Source: Diplonema japonicum (Eukaryota; Protista; Euglenozoa: Diplonemea). Taken from it: a stretch of DNA of 64,000 bases. The notes beneath the pieces were generated by a model, which saw only the letters and a program-made list of their open reading frames with translations, was not told where the DNA came from and made no database searches. The stretch lies in assembly GCA_964019335.1 (NCBI GenBank), contig OZ025695.1, forward strand, positions 434,001-498,000. Reading direction: 5' to 3'. The number at the start of each line of letters is the position of its first letter. Position 1 is the first letter of the stretch. The translations under genes were made by a program, and so were the position numbers. This document shows, piece by piece, positions 10,483 to 21,239 of the stretch.

Positions 10483-12605
10483 CTAATATCCAGCAGTTTT
10501 CGCAGCGCTGGCTTCGATATCCTGTAATTATTTTCCCTCTTTTTTTTTCTTTTTTTTTTTGTTACAAATATTTATCTTTCAAAAAATGATTTTATAACTA
10601 TATGCAACTTGTGCCGAGCAAAAAACTTTCGCAGCTTTTTAAAAATCTTTTTTGCTCGTGCGAACAACAAAGACATATAGTCATAAAGAATTATTTTTTT
10701 TTTTTTTTTTGTTTTCACCCCAAACCATACGTTCAAATGTCTCTGCAAAGAACTAAGATGCTGCATCCTTTGCAAAGCATGCTGCTGATGCCGAGAGGGC
10801 GTCACCTGCGATGCAACAGGCGCCGACTGCGGTGTGAGCTGCACCTGCGTGTGAGGCGGCGGGTAGGATGGACTTTGAAGGGGTTGGTACATTCCAGCCT
10901 GTATAGCCAACGGAATCTGAGGAGGCTGCTGCACAGGGGGGTGCTGGGGAGAGATAGGCCCGGCATAAGTGAATGGCATCGGCGACAGTGCAGGGTTGCT
11001 GTTTGTGGGATACGCAGCAGAGATAGACTTCAAGTGGGACACAGCATCCACTAGACGAGTCACCTCCTTACTAAGCTCAGGATCAATCCTTGGTTGCGGT
11101 GGGTGCTGCACAGGCTGAGGGTGCTGCGGCGGCGGGACTGCAGGTTGTGGCAAAGCTGCAGGTTGTGGCGACGGTGTCGCAGGAGCCACCACCACCCCCG
11201 GCCTTCTCGGAGAGTGCGTCGGCCGTCTTCTCAACGCTGCCTTCTGCGTAGTAGTAAACTCTTCCATGTGCTGCTTCAACTCGATTATCTGTTTCTGGAG
11301 CATCTCGATGGAGCTCTCCTTCGCAAACCCCTCCTCAGTGAGCATCTCCTCCCGCAGCCTCATCTGCATCTCGTCCTTCACCACAGCACGCTGCTCCACT
11401 TCGAAGTTAACCTCCCGCCGCCTTTTAGGGGAAAGGACCCTAGGATCCCCGTGAAACACGGGAAACCGGTTGCTGGGCTGCGGGGGGGGAGGCGGTGGGG
11501 GGAGGTGTGGTTGTGGTTGCAGGTGCTGCTGTCTGGGTGCAGCGATCCGTTTCAATGTCGGTTTTGCCAAACCAGACACGTCACAAGCTATGGTCTGCCA
11601 GTCCCCGCCCATGCGGAGGTCCAGAACGTGTGCAGAGGACAGCTGCTGGACAACGTAGAACACAGAGTTTGCTATGCTGAACATCAGCTTGGCAGACTTC
11701 CAGTGTTTCAAGCAAAACTCAATACGCGCCCAGGCACCCGTGGCAATGTCCCACTTCCAACAGTCGTTGACAGGGTTGGCATGCCCCGCATGATCTAGCC
11801 CTATCCCACCAAACACAATCATTTCACTCCCAAAGGTAAACGCGCAATGCATGGCACGCGGGATAGGGGACAACCCGTTCTTCGGCGAGCTTCGTGTCCA
11901 TTCCTTTGTGTGGAGGTTCAGTATGAACACGACATCGTTCAAGGTGGCTGTTGGTGGCTGCACGTCGGCTATGGTGGCGGCCATATCGGAGGTGGAGAGG
12001 AGGGTGGCGTAGTCGCCGAGGTTGAACCCACCGAAGTGGAGAAGAAAATGCCTGAAAGGCGCCACAGAGTGACCCCACAGGCAGGGCTGCAATGTATCAT
12101 GATGGCAGAACAAGTCCCATGTGCAGCTTGTTATGTTGAAACGGTACACATCATAGAAGTTCTCCTCAGCAAGGCGCCGGACACTCCCGACTGTTGGCTC
12201 GTCGCCTTGACAACCTCCGAAGATGTACATGTTGTCACCTGACATCACTGCTGTGTGGTGGGACCGTGGTGAGGGGACCCTTCCTACGGACATGACCTTT
12301 TCCCATGTGAACTCGTTTCGTCCTGTTGTGGTCAGAGCGTGGAGCGTGTCGTCGGTGCCGTTCGCAGTCACTCCTCCAAAGACGTACATTTCGCCTTTAT
12401 ATTCAACGGCAGAGTGGTGCTTCCTTGCCGGGGGCACTTCTCCAGTGCAGATTGCTGTTTCCCACCGCAGTTCTTCTAGATGCAGGACCCACACCTTGTC
12501 GGAAATACCGCCCCCGTACACCACCATCATGCCGCCGCATGTGACGCTCGAGACTCCATCGCTGCGGTCGGAGAGCGAGATCTGCTTGTCGTTAGCGTCC
12601 GTCAT
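10483..12605 (-). CDS. Kelch-repeat beta-propeller protein with coiled-coil and Pro/Gln-rich tail (~637 aa); intron 10522-10730
   Basis: Repeated PxPRxxH...MYxFGG...W units; last exon DIEASAAKTAGY* recovered after a GT-AG intron. Confidence 0.85.
10591..10687. mobile_element. Small palindromic MITE-like insert inside Kelch intron
   Basis: Ends TTTATAACTATATG / CATATAGTCATAAA (13/14 inverted match); inner inverted pair CGAGCAAAAAA / TTTTTTGCTCG. Confidence 0.55.
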
Positions 12606-12709
12606 TGTGTTGGCATTCTAATAAAGGCCGTCCTCTTACCTTAAGAGAGTGGGGGGTGGGGGTGGGGGTGGGGGAAAAAAAAAAAAAAGAAAATAGAAGA
12701 AATAAAAAT

Positions 12710-13270
12710 TTAGACAGTTCTTTTCGACCACCAATCAGGATCCTGTTGTAGTTTCGCCACCACGCGGTCCAACCACTTCGTGAGCACCTGCGACGGGGCT
12801 AGGAGGTATTCCCCTATCCTTTCGTCCGTTCTCACGAAACTCGAAACGTATGTGTTCAGGTCTGTTGCAAGTTTTTTCGCCAATGAAATATATGTAAGTG
12901 CGCGAGCCTGGATTTGTGCTTGTGTGGTGCCAGAAGACTCGAGGTTGAGCAGAGTGGGCAAGGGTTCGAGTGAGAGACCTAACGTGAAAGGGAACTCTCT
13001 TGCTACATCCATCATAGCAACAGGAACTTTGAATATAGTGGTCGGGCAGTCGTTTCTCAGGCAGCCTAGATACTCGTAGCTTTGCTCGTTGCTCCTTGAG
13101 AGGTAGACCCCAATACCTTTCCCTTCCGGACACCCTTGAGTCCCAGTTAGAAATACCACCAGCTGGTCGCTCTTCAAAAATCCTAAAGGAAGCATCCACC
13201 TTCCTTCCTCAACCTGCTGAAAGCTGTAACTTGGAGGAAGCCCTGGCTGGATGCACCCGAAAACAGACAT
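12710..13270 (-). CDS. HIKESHI: Hikeshi/OPI10-family Hsp70 nuclear import carrier
   Basis: FGCIQPG start, LVVFLTG..P.G.GIGVY, YLGCLRNDCPTTIFKV, LGLSLEP, C-terminal KWLDRV..KLQQDPDWW. Confidence 0.82.
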   Translation of the reverse strand: MSVFGCIQPGLPPSYSFQQVEEGRWMLPLGFLKSDQLVVFLTGTQGCPEGKGIGVYLSRSNEQSYEYLGCLRNDCPTTIFKVPVAMMDVAREFPFTLGLSLEPLPTLLNLESSGTTQAQIQARALTYISLAKKLATDLNTYVSSFVRTDERIGEYLLAPSQVLTKWLDRVVAKLQQDPDWWSKRTV

Positions 13271-13595
13271 TTTGGTTTTTTTTTTTTTTTTTTTTTTTTT
13301 TTTCTTTCAATCGTAACTACAGGCTGCTATCAATTACCAGAAGTCTCATATTTTTTTTTTTTCCCTGTGAGAGAGAGGGGGGTTTTTTTAAAAAGGAATA
13401 GGAAAATGAAGAATAAAGAAAAAGAGAGAGAGAGAGCTCCTATTTTTTCCCTCGTTTTTTTTCTTCTTTTTTTTGCATTGGTACTTCTTTTTTTTTTCTC
13501 TTCTTCCTTTTTTGACTCGGCTCAAAAAAAAGGGGGGGAGAGAGTGGAGTAAACACTGCACATTTTTTTTTTTTTTTACTCCATCTTTTTTTTTC

Positions 13596-14166
13596 TTTAT
13601 TTCACTCTTCGTCATTTTCTTCACTCACTAGGGGCCTCATTATTTAACGCGAAATGGCCATTATTTAACGCGAAATCGCCATTATTTAACTAGTTAAATA
13701 ATGAGATTTTGCAGTTAAATAATGGCCCTTCAGAGTGAAATAATGGCCCTTCAGAGTGAAAAAATGGGTCTTGTCGTGGAAAAAAATGCACCCAACCCCT
13801 TGAAAAATATTTTTGGGGTGGGGGTATTTTGACTATTTTTGGCCATCTGAGGCCATTCCAGCCCTTAAAAGTGGGAATAAGTGCTTTACTTCCCCTTTAA
13901 ATACCACGGCGAAATAGCTACCCTGTATTACCTTAGGAAAATCCCCAAAAAGCTGACCTGCGTGAAAAAAAACAGCAGTGAAAGCAGTGAAGAGTGAGTG
14001 ACTCAAATGACGAAAAGTGAAATAAAACGACTTACTTGCCGCCAAATGAGCCATTATTTAACACTCGTTACCGTTTTTTTGCACTCGGGCCCTGCGGGCC
14101 CTCGTGCAAAAAATTCGGGAACTCGAGTTAAATAATGACTCATTATTTGTTGGCAATAAATAGCTA
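13596..14166 (+). mobile_element. Non-autonomous element A: asymmetric inverted repeats plus long 3' hairpin
   Basis: 34-bp inverted repeats 13596-13629 and 13993-14026 (30/34 match); ~130-nt imperfect hairpin 14032-14160; tandem CATTATTTAAC motifs; homologous ends at 37221-37900. Confidence 0.75.
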
Positions 14167-14278
14167 TTTTATTTTTAGAAGTTTTTGATTAAAAAGAAAA
14201 TTCAGCCCCTCCCTTCCTTTTTTAAAAAAAAAAAATAAAAGGAAGAATGAAAGCGATTTAAAAACAAAAAAACAAACA

Positions 14279-14313
<35 letters not shown>

Positions 14314-14359
14314 GTTCGTGGAGAGAGAAAAAAAGGAAAAAAAAATCAGCTAAATTATT

Positions 14360-14407
<48 letters not shown>

Positions 14408-14486
14408 TATATAGCATTCCCTTTCGATATATCTATGTCGCTTTCTTTTTATTCTAAAAAAAAAAAAAAAAAAAGAATTTTTAATT

Positions 14487-16058
14487 CTACTCGCACCAAG
14501 GCTCCCACACCATTCTTCCATTGATTTCAATAGGTCTCCCCCCCTTGCAACCATTTGGGGCCCGCCCTTCGCACTGAAACTGTGGACACGACGTCGATGC
14601 AGTTTGCCACATATTCAAAATACGGTTGTGAATGCTCTGAATAATGGGGCTCGTGGTGCTGTTGTGCTCCAAGGGAGCATGTTCATCCGGGTCAGAACAG
14701 AGATCAAAGAGCAACATGGTTCCATTAGGATTGGGAGGAAGCGGTGTCTCCTCAACAGAAAAAGAAGGATGGTCGAAAACCTCAACAGCTTGACACGAAT
14801 CACCACAAGTCCCATTGGGAGGAGGATGCCACCCACCAGGCTTCCCCCCATCACCAATAATCAACTTATAACACCCAACCCTCATAGCAGGACCGTGATT
14901 CCCAACCTGCTCATCCGTGATACCATAATAAATATTATCACGAGCCGGTGTACCACCTTTAGTAAGCGCGTCCCACTGTTTAACACCATCCCAAGGGAAG
15001 CATGTAGGGCAGGGAATACCCGTAAGCGTGGAAATTGTCGGCATCCAGTCGGCACAGTGCATTAAATTTTGAAATGTTGTTCCCTTCTCGACTTGCCCCT
15101 GTGTGACGGAAGGTCCTGTCCAGAGGAATGCAGACGCACGTGTACCACCCTCCCAGATGGAACATTTGGAACCGCGCAAGGGCCAGTTTGAAGAACCCTG
15201 GACAGCGCATGTTTCTGTCGGTCCACCGTTGTCAGCGGTGAAGATTAGAATAGTGTTGTCCATCATGTTCTTTGCTTTCATGGCTGCGGTTACATTTCCA
15301 AATCCTTCGTCCATGCATGCAAGCATGCCTCCGTAGATGGCACGGTTGCCGCCGAGGTTCTTGTAAGGTTCGACGTAAGAGTCAGGAGCCTGGTCGGGGG
15401 CGTGAACAGCCTGGTACGCAAGGTACAGGAACAGAGGTTGCGAGACGTCGTGGGCTTCAACGACCTTCACGGCCTCCTGCGAGAAGAGGATGGTCGAGTA
15501 CTTCCCGTCGGCCTCTGTTTCGATGTGCGAGCAGTTCTTCCCACACTTCAAACCTACATCCCTTCTCATGTCGTACCCCTGATCGCCGGCAAGATGCGTG
15601 AAGTAATCCTCACCACCGTTGTAAAAACCATAAAACGACTGGAACCCACGGAATGTTGGTGTTACTTTGTAAGAGTACATCCCAGCATGCCATTTTCCGA
15701 TAGCATGGGTGGCGTACCCACCTGCTAGGAGCATGTCGGCGAGGGTGGTTTCGTTTTGTGCGAGGCCCCATGGTTGGCCGACGGGGATGAAACTGTCGAT
15801 TCCTGTGTGTAGGGGGTACCGGCCTGACAGGATGGTGGTTCTTGTAGGGCTGCATGATGGTTGGACGTAGTACTGGTCAAGGATGGTCCCTTCGTGGGCA
15901 AAGGCATCGACGTTGGGAGTTTTTATCTGCGGCTGCAGGGCCTTGTAGCCCATGTCGTCGTAGCCGAGATCGTCAATGACCACCATCAAGATGTTAGGCA
16001 GAGTGGCGTCCACTGCGAGCGCGGACAGCAGCAGGAGCGCTGCTGCGTTCGGTTGCAT
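14487..16058 (-). CDS. Secreted/lysosomal arylsulfatase (ARSB/I/J-like, formylglycine-dependent)
   Basis: Signal peptide, PNILMVVIDDLG, CSPTR..ILSGRY, GKWHAG, YQAVHAP, DNGG, GSNWPLRGSKCSIWEGG. Confidence 0.94.
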   Translation of the reverse strand: MQPNAAALLLLSALAVDATLPNILMVVIDDLGYDDMGYKALQPQIKTPNVDAFAHEGTILDQYYVQPSCSPTRTTILSGRYPLHTGIDSFIPVGQPWGLAQNETTLADMLLAGGYATHAIGKWHAGMYSYKVTPTFRGFQSFYGFYNGGEDYFTHLAGDQGYDMRRDVGLKCGKNCSHIETEADGKYSTILFSQEAVKVVEAHDVSQPLFLYLAYQAVHAPDQAPDSYVEPYKNLGGNRAIYGGMLACMDEGFGNVTAAMKAKNMMDNTILIFTADNGGPTETCAVQGSSNWPLRGSKCSIWEGGTRASAFLWTGPSVTQGQVEKGTTFQNLMHCADWMPTISTLTGIPCPTCFPWDGVKQWDALTKGGTPARDNIYYGITDEQVGNHGPAMRVGCYKLIIGDGGKPGGWHPPPNGTCGDSCQAVEVFDHPSFSVEETPLPPNPNGTMLLFDLCSDPDEHAPLEHNSTTSPIIQSIHNRILNMWQTASTSCPQFQCEGRAPNGCKGGRPIEINGRMVWEPWCE

Positions 16059-16486
16059 TTTTTTTTTTTTTTTTTTAGTTCTTTTTTTTTTTTTTTTTTT
16101 GTTTTGAAAAAAACTCATTGTTCGTAAGAAATATAAGGGGGGAAAAAAAAAAGAGAAAAAAAAGAAGAAAAAAAAAATATCAGGTCTTTTTCATACATAC
16201 AAAAGCGCGTTTCTTCGCTGGCGATGAGCAAGGGACCAATAGAAGGAGAAAGCGGATCGGGAAGAAGGGGGGGTGGGGGGGTTGGATGAACACAAAAAAA
16301 GGGGGGATAAAAATCCCGGGATATATTAAAGCCACCCCCCTCAACTCACTGCTCGCAAAAAGTGTGTGTACGGGTTCAACTTTTTAAACAAGGGGAGGGG
16401 AGGGGGGGGGTGTTTTTTTTTCTAAATAGGTGCAACCATTTGAGGAAACATGGGGTTTCCAATCAGGTTTTAGACCCAGACGAGCT

Positions 16487-16526
<40 letters not shown>

Positions 16527-17585
16527 GGTTACTACAGAAAAGTAAAGTGAACTAATGTTTCACTTTTACAGTATTTATTCAAACAAAGGCGGGTATTCAG
16601 GCATAAACATGTCCCTCCTTTTTTTTTTTTTTCCTTTTTGCATTTCTTTCCTCGGTGCATACAAAAAAGAGAGAGAAAAGAATGAAAAATCGATTCGAAA
16701 AAAAAAGAAAAAAAAAAACTCGATGATTTAAAGGAAGCCGGTGGGGGCACCCTGCACAAGCACCATTTACTTGATTACAGGGGGCGCACCTCGGCCTAGC
16801 TGTAGCTTCTTCTGCGTCCCGCGTCGTGTCCTTAATGCGTGCGGTGTGCAGCTCAAAAAAAAAAAAAAAAAAGAGGGAAAAAAGAGGGAAAAAAATAAGA
16901 ATGAAGAGGGGGAAGGGAATATTCGTTTCTCTTTTTGTCCCCCTTCTTCTTCTTTTTTTTTTTTTTTTTTTTTTTTCCTTCCTCGGTGTGGCAATATACG
17001 ACAAAAGAAAAAGGGTGGAGTGGGGGGCAGTGAGTTCTTTTTTTTTTTTTTTTTACCCAAGGTTTTAAAGATTTACGCTCGTTGGCGCCTGTCAGCAAAC
17101 CTACGTTTGGTCCTGGGCAAAAAAAAAAAAGAAAAAAAGAAAAAAAAAAAAAAAAAAACTACTGCTAGCTCGTACGCACGAGTATTATTTTAGCTAATAA
17201 AAATTGCTCATTGCGCTCCCAATTAACTAGTTTAGTCCTTCGACTGTAGAATTGTTTAAAAAAAAAAAAAAAAAAAAAAAAAGAAAAAAAGAGAGAGAGA
17301 GAAAAAAATGGGAAGAAAATAAACTGAAACAGAAAGCCCCAGCATCTCGTTATTTTCACCTACAGACTTTTGTTTCCCCTTTTTCTTTTCTTCTTAGTTC
17401 ATGAATACAAAACTCAAAACGAGAAGGAAGGGAGAAAAAGGGGGGGGGGGGGGGAAGAATAGTTTACCTCCTTCTTGAAAGGTAAGTAAACGAATAGGAT
17501 TACTAAGAGAAAAAAAAACAAAAAAAGGGGGGGGCTGGAAACAGAGGGCATATAGATGCAGTATTCCTTCCTCTTTGTTTCTATC

Positions 17586-17591
<6 letters not shown>

Positions 17592-17630
<39 letters not shown>
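17592..17630. repeat. (ATT)13 microsatellite
   Basis: Direct reading of the sequence. Confidence 0.95.
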
Positions 17631-17631
<1 letters not shown>

Positions 17632-17729
17632 TAACAATAATAAAAAAAAAAAAATTAGAAAAAGAAAACAACAGAAAGAAAAAAAAAAACAAACAAAACC
17701 ACTTTTTTTTTTTTCCCCCTTTTTTTTTT

Positions 17730-18470
17730 TCAAACCGTCAACCAAGGCTGAGGAGGGCTGTTGAATGCCACCAACGCCTCCTTCATAGAGGCCACGTGCC
17801 CCTTAGAGAAGGTACCCGTAGGTGTGTGGAAAAAAGAAGCAGGAGGTGGGGTCATGGACATCGAACCCCCCCTGCCCCTTCCACTGAAGGGCAGCCCACG
17901 CCTTGTGCTTGTTGTAGTAAAATAAATCGCATACTCCGGAGCCCCTCTCCCCCGCGGCGTCCCTACTGTGCTGCAGCTCGACATAGGAGAAAGTGTGGGT
18001 GAAGGTGTGAAGACAGCTCGTTGCTCGCTTAGCTCTTCGCTCGCCAATGTAACTGGTTGTACTTTTTGCGCAGCGAAGTGCTCTGCAGGGATAGCAGTTT
18101 CTAGTGATACAGACTCGAACCAGTCTACCCATTTCTGAGCTTCCCCATCATCCTGTGAAGCAAAGCTCCACACCTCACCCTTCTTGCTCTTTAAGCACCA
18201 TCCTATGCCGCCGTATCTATACTCGATTTGATTGTTTTCAATGAAGAGTAGAGCTTCGTCTTTGTGTATTAAACACCTTGAGCATGCAACCACTTCGCTA
18301 AGCGGGATGATGGGACCTTTCTTCCCCACCCTCAGCCCTACGCCTGGTTGATGGTCGATCTCTCGTCTCTCCCAGAGTTTCTCAGACGGCTTTTTTGTGT
18401 GGTTTTTAGCGGGTTTGAACCATTGCACCATCTCCCTCTGTGTCGGTGTTCGTAATATTTCTCCCCCCAT
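17730..18470 (-). CDS. PH-like domain protein with Ser/Pro-rich tail
   Basis: KLWERR at N-terminus and WSFASQDDGEAQKWVDWF resemble the first strands and terminal helix of a PH fold; ATG directly after A-tract. Confidence 0.6.
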   Translation of the reverse strand: MGGEILRTPTQREMVQWFKPAKNHTKKPSEKLWERREIDHQPGVGLRVGKKGPIIPLSEVVACSRCLIHKDEALLFIENNQIEYRYGGIGWCLKSKKGEVWSFASQDDGEAQKWVDWFESVSLETAIPAEHFAAQKVQPVTLASEELSEQRAVFTPSPTLSPMSSCSTVGTPRGRGAPEYAIYFTTTSTRRGLPFSGRGRGGSMSMTPPPASFFHTPTGTFSKGHVASMKEALVAFNSPPQPWLTV

Positions 18471-18616
18471 TTTTTTTTTTTTTTTTTTTTTTTTTTCTTT
18501 TGATGGATAAAAACTTGATGCTATGTCCGGGTTATAAGAAAAAATAGAAAAAAGTATAAAAAAAGGGGGTGGTGGGAAATAAAATCTTTTGGGTTCGTTT
18601 TTTTTGGGGGGGGGTA

Positions 18617-19044
18617 GGGTCATAAGGGGGTCGTTATTTGCCCTTTTTCAGGCTCTTCGCCAAGGGCATTTTGGGCCCTTAAAAAAACTGTAACCACCCC
18701 AAAAGTGCCCACAAATCACCCAAACCCCCGTTTCCCGATGGTTTCCGGCCCCAAAAGTGCCCAGAATCATGTTCTAATTTTGGGGGCCCCGTTTGGTACT
18801 CCCTATGTAATCCTAGGGAACATAAAATAGGGCCCCTAGGATTACATAGGGAAAGTACCAAACGGGGGATTAGAACATGATTCTGGGCACTTTTGGGGCC
18901 GGAAACCATCGGGAAACGGGGGTTTGGGTGATTTGTGGGCACTTTTGGGGTGGTTACAGTTTTTTTAAGGGCCCAAAATGCCCTTGGCGAAGAGCCTGAA
19001 AAAGGGCAAAAAGTGGCCCTTTTTAAGGACCATATGACCCCCCC
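18617..19044. mobile_element. Foldback MITE with ~180-bp near-perfect arms, flanked by TA
   Basis: 18637-18818 is the reverse complement of 18835-19010 apart from two small indels; ends GGGTCAT/ATGACCC; TA at 18615-16 and 19045-46. Confidence 0.85.
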
Positions 19045-19229
19045 TAGGGCTATGCTGGCAGGAAACGTGGAAACGTTTCCGTTTCCGTTTCCATACTTTT
19101 CAAAATTCTTATGGAAACGGCTTCCTTCTTAAGGAAACATAAGGAAACGTTTCCGTTTCCGTTTCCGTATCCGTTTCCCTTTTTTTCAAAAAATGCATGG
19201 AAACGCGTTTCCATGCCAGCATAGCCCTA
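19045..19229. mobile_element. hAT-like MITE with GGAAAC/GTTTCC subterminal repeats
   Basis: TIRs TAGGGCTATGCTGGCA / TGCCAGCATAGCCCTA; many internal GTTTCC and GGAAAC motifs; superfamily call rests on the TAGGG terminus only. Confidence 0.75.
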
Positions 19230-20487
19230 GGGGGGGGGGGGGGGGGGGGTTCAAGGCTTTTTCTTTCCAATCTTTTCCTGTGTGGTACATTCTTCCATTC
19301 GGAGTGCTACCCACTACAGAAGAGGAGAGGTGAAGCAAAAAAATAGAAGAAAAGAAAAAAGAAAAAAAAAAAAAAACCGTGTAGTAGTTACCATCTCTAA
19401 GGGAAGACAGGTTGGGGGGTTCAAAAAAGAAAAAAAAGGAGGGGGTTGAAAACTGACAGGGAGGGCAATAAAAAGGGGGGGTGAAACCCCCTTTCCCCCC
19501 CCCTCCTCCTCCTCCTCCTCCTCCTCTCATTCTTTTTTTTTCTCCTTCTTCTCTTCTTCCCTCCATACTTCTTTGACAACGTTCGGACTGTAAAAAAGAG
19601 GGAAAAAAAAGCCTTTTTCTTTATAAAAAAGGGGGCGGGGGGAGAGGGGGAAAGATTTTTTTTGGACACTTTTCTTTTTTTTTAAAATTACAAGCACACA
19701 ATAAAATAAAGGGGGGCATGGAAGGTGGGGGGGGGGGGGGGTATTTGTGCATTTGGAGGTCAACCACATCTCCGGAGGTAAATAAAAAAGGGTGGGGTGA
19801 AGAAAAGAAAAGAACGACACAAGAAATATGTGAAAGGGAAAGGAGCGAAAGGAGGGGGGGGGGGGGGGGAGACTAAATCTGGCATGCAGGTGCAGGGACT
19901 GCTTTCTTTTTTTCTACTTCTTTTTCTTTGGCTCCGCGTGGCGCAAATATCAACATGCAAACAAAAAAAAATCGAACATAAAGAGACGGAAGCGGTCGGG
20001 AAATTAAAAAAAAAAAAACAAAACAAAAAAAAACCTTTGAAGGGAAAACGAAAGGAATAAAGAAAGGGAAGGGAAAAAAAAAAGAATAGATAACGGCAGA
20101 AAAGAGGGTTTTACAGCTTTCCTTTCTCTTTTTTTTCTTTTTTCTTCTTCTTTTTTTTTGTTTTTTTTCCCCCCCGTTCATTTCTTTTTTTTTTTCTCCC
20201 TCCCTTTTTTTTTCTTCTTGGCATCAGTAATTTTTTAAAATCCTGGCGGGAAAAAAAAAAAAAAAAACCCTTCTCCCCTCCTCCCCTAAGTATGTTCTGT
20301 CTCTTTTTTTTAAAAAAATAAAAATAAATCGAGTGCACAAACAAATGTCCGGACTGAAAGAAAAAAAAAAAATTGGGGTCGAAAAAAAAAAAAAAAAAAT
20401 GTGTGCCTTGTGAGTGTGGATTTATATTTGGGTTTTTTATTTCTTTTTTTTTTTTTTTCTTTTCTCCCTTCTATATCATTCGTTTCC

Positions 20488-21239
20488 TCACTGCTCGGCA
20501 GGGGGGGCGACCTCCTCGCTGCCATCCTGGGCAACGGAAGTGTTCACAATCTGACCGTTAAGGCACACGTTGATGGCATCACGGATGAACTGTATAGTGT
20601 GGCGGGCAGGGTCCCTCTTGCTGTGCCCGTGCAACTCACAGTATTTGCCCCAAGCGTTCTGGTATTTTTTTTTTTCCTTTTTTTTTTTTTTTTCTCGCAC
20701 ACCTTGAAGGGAACCGACGACCTCTGCAGCGCTTTCACTTTCTGGATGAACTCCTCGTGCTCAGGGGAGGTAGGCGCGGGAGGGGGGACTGCTGTCTCGT
20801 CAGCTGGCGGCTGCCCACAAACAGCAAGAGCGTTGCTGAGAGCATCCAGAGAGTGGCGTGCCGGGTCGTAGGTTGACCCACCAGCCTCATCACACCACTT
20901 CCACCACCTTGCCTTCCACTCGCTGGAAGCGCGCTGACCTTTTTTTATCTGTGAGACCAGCGCCGACTGCGCAGGGTTGCTGAGGTACGGGTTCGTCCTC
21001 CTCCCTTTCCTCGGCATCGTGGGGGGTCCCTGAGGAGGCTCCCCACACTGTGCCACTGCCTGCATCAGCATCCAGGCCTCGTGTTTGGCAGGGTCCCTGG
21101 TCCCACCATTTGCATCGCACCAGTCCCACCACCTCTGCTTCCACTCCATGCTTGCCCTCTGGCCTCTCTTAATCCTCTCTACAAGGTCTGCATGTGTTGC
21201 TGCAGAGTAAGCCTGCCCCTGTTGGGGGAATGAGTACAT
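20488..21239 (-). CDS. Protein with three copies of an uncharacterised ~50-aa Trp/Cys 'DPAxH' module (~235 aa); intron 20659-20702
   Basis: Repeats LVERIKRGQRAS.EWK..WW.WCD..GG.RDPAKH, LVSQIKKGQRAS.EWK..WW.WCD..GG..DPARH and FIQKVKALQRSS.PFK|NAWGKYCE..G...RDPARH; splicing completes the third copy. Confidence 0.8.

Noticed and set aside
13638-13766. CRISPR-like or Xer/dif-like appearance of the short repeats
   Set aside because: No unique spacers, no cas or xer genes, eukaryotic context; similarity to the XerD arm is limited to GTTAAAT
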